A DNA stretch of 64,000 nt from the human T2T-CHM13v2.0 reference genome, Homo sapiens: the NCBI RefSeq assembly GCF_009914755.1, contig NC_060930.1; one strand, 5' to 3'. The notes beneath the pieces were generated by a model. It was not told the DNA's origin. It made no database searches and saw only the letters and a program-made list of their open reading frames with translations. Position numbers and translations under genes: made by a program. Shown piece after piece: positions 57,678 to 64,000 of this stretch (its first letter is position 1; the number at the start of each line of letters is the position of its first letter).

Positions 57678-58611
57678 TTTTCCAGGTGCCGTCTTTCACC
57701 CCTTTCTTTGACCAGGAAAGGGAACTCCCTGACCCCTTGCGCTTCCCAAGTGAGGCAATGCCTCGCCCTGCTTCGGCTCGCGCACGGTGCGTGCACCCAC
57801 TGACCTGCACCCACTGTCTGGCACTCCCTAGTGAGATGAACCTGGTACCTCAGATGGAAATGCAGAAATCACCCATCTTCTGCGTTGCTCACGCTGGGAG
57901 CTGTAGACCGGAGCTGTTCCTATTCGGCCATCTTGGCTCCTCACCCCAGCAATTTTTTTTTTTATGTAGAAATCGGGGGTCTCAATATCTTGCCTACACT
58001 GGTCTCGAACTCCTGTCCTGAAGCGATTCTCCTGCCTCAGCCTCCCAAAGCACTACGATTACAGGTATGAGCCACCACACCCAGCCCCGTAGAATTCTTA
58101 TAATGAGGGGGGAAAAACCCAAAACTTAAAATTCAGAGCCTGGCTTTTCTGATAATATAGATGAACCATTATCTATGCCAATCTTCTGTGATTCATTCAC
58201 ACCCCTGCTCCTGCCCACATGAGCACTAACCTCTCTGGACTTCCTTCTCCTCATCTGAAAACCTGGGACTATGAAACTCACCTCACCATTTTGCTTAGAG
58301 AATCAATAAGTTAACATTTGAAAGTTACTCCTTTCCTATGCCTCATCTTCTTTCAAAGATGAAACTAAATAACTCTATAATGCTTCCCTGACAAGGAGTT
58401 TGGTGTAGTTTTATTTAAAATGACCATGTTGTAAAGAGGGAAGTGGAAGGAGAGTTGATTAATAGGGATAATGTTCCAAATGTCTGGGAAATATAAGGCA
58501 GGTATCCTATTAATACACATCAATAGGAACTGTAAGAAGCTGCTGGGAAGCTCTTCTTCCATGTTAGCCTGGGTGTATGTGCCTAGCAATGCTTAAAAGG
58601 ATGCACTGAAC

Positions 58612-59572
<961 letters not shown>

Positions 59573-60494
59573 AGCAATCTGTGGTTGCAGGGTGGACCTG
59601 TTCCCGAGAGGGGAAGGAGAGGTCCCCCTTAGCTCCTGGAGGGGTGCTGGGACTAAAAGACTCACTCTGATGGCATCTGGGCACCTCCGCCAGTGGGCCC
59701 GGAGGGTGCAGAGAAGTCTGCAGCTCTAGACGCCACAGCAGAGCCTCTGCCCGCCCCCCGCTCTCCAGAATTATGTTCATGAGGGCAGATAGACAAGATT
59801 AGCCTCAGACACAAAACAGCAGCAGAGAAGGCATTGCCCTAATGGTAGGGAACACATACTTTGCAGACACCTAGATTCAAGAGAACGTGTGTAATGTAAA
59901 CGTTGGAAGAAAGCCAGGAGCCTGCTCAAAACTCCAGGTTAGAAGACAAGGGAGGCAGGATATGGGGGAGCAAGATGCCTTTTTTTAAAAAGTTGTTACC
60001 GGGTTTTTCAGAGCAATAGTTAAAAGGGAAGGTTTCTTTTATGATACGACACCGCCATCTCATGGACAAAACTCATATGACACAGAGTTTCTCTAAAGCG
60101 AGCCTGTCCCTCTACTGGGAGCTCTTAGCGTTGGCCCTAACAGCTCTACCTCCACATTAATACAGCATTCTCAGAGTCCACAAAGGAACATTCCATCTTT
60201 GCAAGCCAAATACTGGGGCAAAAGTCAGATTCTCATCTCATCTCCACTTCCCTCTGAGGCTTAGAAAGTCCTTTCAGCACTTGAATTTCAGTGAAGAGTC
60301 TGGACGCTGTCTCACACCAAAAACTCCCCCTGACGTGGGCACTGCAAGAGCACCCCCGTCCTGGTGATCAGAAAAAGCAAGTGTTGGCTTTATCACAGCC
60401 AGAAAATGAAACAGTCTGCGAGGAAAAGTATCCCCTCCATGCTCATCACCATTAAATGGCAAGTTCGACTTCTCTTATTTCCTAATTTAAAATT

Positions 60495-60623
60495 GTTTTT
60501 TTAAGAGATGGAGTGGATCTCACTATGTTGACCAGGCTGATCTCAAACTCCTGGCCTCAAGAGATCCTTCCATCTCAGCCTCCCAAAGTGCTAGGATTAC
60601 AGGCATGAGCCACCGCACCCAGC
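60495..60623 (-). mobile_element. FLAM / AluJ left monomer
   Basis: Antisense left arm only. Confidence 0.8.
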
Positions 60624-61379
60624 CTCCCAATTTTAAGTTGTATGAAGATGTTTCTAGGAGTCTTTGTTCTGGCCTCAGGCTGTTGTCATTTTTCTGTGCT
60701 GTGTTTTTACATTGCTGTGTGGAAATTCGTTTTGATAGTGTGCTGTTTCTTGGATGTATTTGTCCAAATCAGAGCTTAAATGAAGAAAGTCTGTTTTTAA
60801 AGCAAGTCTTGGATTCACTCAGCAAAGGCTCTGGAGCATCCACTCTGGCCTGGCCACACGGCAAGCTGCAGGGCAACAGGTGGAGACGCAGCCCGCAGTC
60901 TGCACCGGCCCCAGAACCATCTTCCCCTTAAATTGTAAGAACTATCCCCGGGGGGAAAGTGAGGACATTAGGTGCAGTGTGGGCCTGGGTGTCTAGGACC
61001 CCGCATGTGGGGGCTGCAGGTGGAGAGAGGCAGTGATCTCAGTTGGGCAGGGAGTTTGTGCCTCTGAAGGACTTCATTGTTTCTCGTGCTGTCTCTGGCA
61101 CGGTGTCTTGGGCCTGGAAAAATGAGCACAGGTTGGAAAGAATCTCAGAGCCCAGGGGCTGCCAGTGTCAGAGCTCGGGCCGTGCTGGGTGCCTCACACC
61201 GGGGCTGCCCTTCGGGTCTCCATTCCCATCAACACACACACACACACACACATTCTGGCAACTTCTCCCATCTAAATAAAAAGGCAGTCCCCCCACCCCA
61301 CCCCCACCCCCACCCCACCTCCGCCCCTTTCCATTCTGAGTCCTCAGCTCCTTTGATTTCTCAGGGCACCTGATGCAGG

Positions 61380-62390
61380 CTCTCGGCAACTCCCTCCTAG
61401 AGACCCCTCCTTTCTGGCCTCCAGGACTCACCTCTCCTCGCTTGCTCCTCGTCCCTCAGGTCTCCCCTGCTGTTTCCTCTCATTAATTAATAAGCACTAG
61501 AGCGCACCAAGCCTCTCTGCTCTCATCCCACCCAGCTCCTGCCTTTCAAAACAGTCGCTATGCTAATCACTCCCAAACGTGTTGCTCTCCCCCAACGCCT
61601 TAATCACCTGCCTACCTGGCACCTCTGTTCCTGTCCCATAGATTACCCTAGATGAAGCACGTCCAGAATTAAACTGATCTTCCATGCAAAAGCCTGATCC
61701 TCCCACAACCCCGCAGAGCACCACGACCCCGAGCCCTCACTGGCCCTGATCCAAAGCCCTGAGCTCCACTGTGACCTCCTTCTCTCACACACCACCTCTG
61801 ATCCATCAGAACAGACCTCTGTCCAAACATGCTTCTCCAGCACGCCCACCACCCTGGCCAAGCCGGGGTCAGGGCTGCAGCCTCCTCCAGGTCTCCCAGC
61901 CTCCGGTGGCTACACATCCTCTCGTCCCGGCTTCGGCCCCTCCAGGGGCCTCCCGTCTCACTCAGGGGAACCCTAGGGGCCTGGTTTTACCTACGGGGAC
62001 TAGCCTGAGCTGCCCTGGAGCACCCTACTGCAGCCCTCTGGGCGTCACCTCTCTGCCCTCTTCCCTCCCTTCTCCTGCTCCTCCCTGGGCTGCTACAGCA
62101 AACTTCCCACTGGCCGGGCCCCTTATCCCCGTGTGCCAGGCTCCCTGCCTCCCACCTGCATGCCTCAGAGCAGCCACCTGCTCCCCCCACCCAGCCTTTA
62201 CCCTGCATGTACCCAGCCCTCTGGTGTGCAGCGTCTGCCTGATCCCCTAACCCCTCCACCTTTACCTTTCCCGCCACATGTACCCCGTCCTCTTATTCCA
62301 GTAAGTTCCCTCCAGGCACGCACTTTTGCTGGTTTTCTTCACTCCTGCATCCACTGCACCTGGCCTGTGATGGAATCTTCATCCACAGAG
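61380..62390 (+). mobile_element. Degenerate L2 fragment
   Basis: C-rich, pyrimidine-biased sequence ending in an L2-like 3' segment (GTAAGTTCCCTCCAGG...CTGCATCCACTGCACCTGGC). Confidence 0.45.
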
Positions 62391-62394
62391 AATT

Positions 62395-63630
<1,236 letters not shown>

Positions 63631-63879
63631 ACCTCTGGCAAGAATGTGGAGTTGTAAAAAATATAGCAAGGCTTTGGAAGTGACCAATCTGGCTCTATCC
63701 CACAGTTCTGCTGGTTTGGATTTCCCAGTCACAATTCTTTATAATTGTAAACATTCCCCAATGCAGGGCCAGCTTCAGGAGGGCAACACCCATTCAGTCA
63801 CATAAGGCCCAAGTTTAGAAGCCCTCCGCCCCCAAATTCCATTTAATGCTCTCCTGTTACTGTCTCAAAGTGCTTAATA

Positions 63880-64000
63880 ATTTTATTTTATTTCTATTAT
63901 TTTATTTTATTTTTGAGATGGAGTCTTCCTCTGTTGCCCAGGTTGGAGTGCAATGGCGCTATCTCGGCTCACCGCAACCTCCATCTCCTTGGCGCAAGCC
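63880..64000 (-). mobile_element. Alu (partial, runs off the window)
   Basis: (TTTTA)n tail followed by GAGATGGAGTC... Confidence 0.9.

Overview
Human (hominoid) genomic DNA from the FOXF2 locus (6p25.3 forkhead cluster), identified from the translated protein. FOXF2 is on the + strand in two exons (CDS 13134-14307 and 17885-18048, 445 aa as read here; polyA signal 18768). An antisense hairpin matching MIR6720 lies inside the forkhead-coding region. The gene sits in a ~20 kb CpG-island-rich domain with no recognisable Alu or L1, closed on the right by a near-consensus CTCF motif (20353). The remaining ~44 kb is intergenic and rich in transposons: many Alus, MIR, L2, MLT1, DNA-transposon MITEs, old L1M fragments and a full-length minus-strand L1PA3-like element nested inside an AluJ. 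I found no convincing new biological system. The best leads are a poly-Arg uORF encoded by the 5' leader CCG repeat, a 7-Gly allele (one more than the reference as I recall it), candidate FOX/HOX enhancers and CTCF sites, a natural RT-dead FADD->FAAD L1 with intact ORF1 and endonuclease, and several readable nested-insertion histories. Repeat subfamilies are assigned by eye and their boundaries are approximate.
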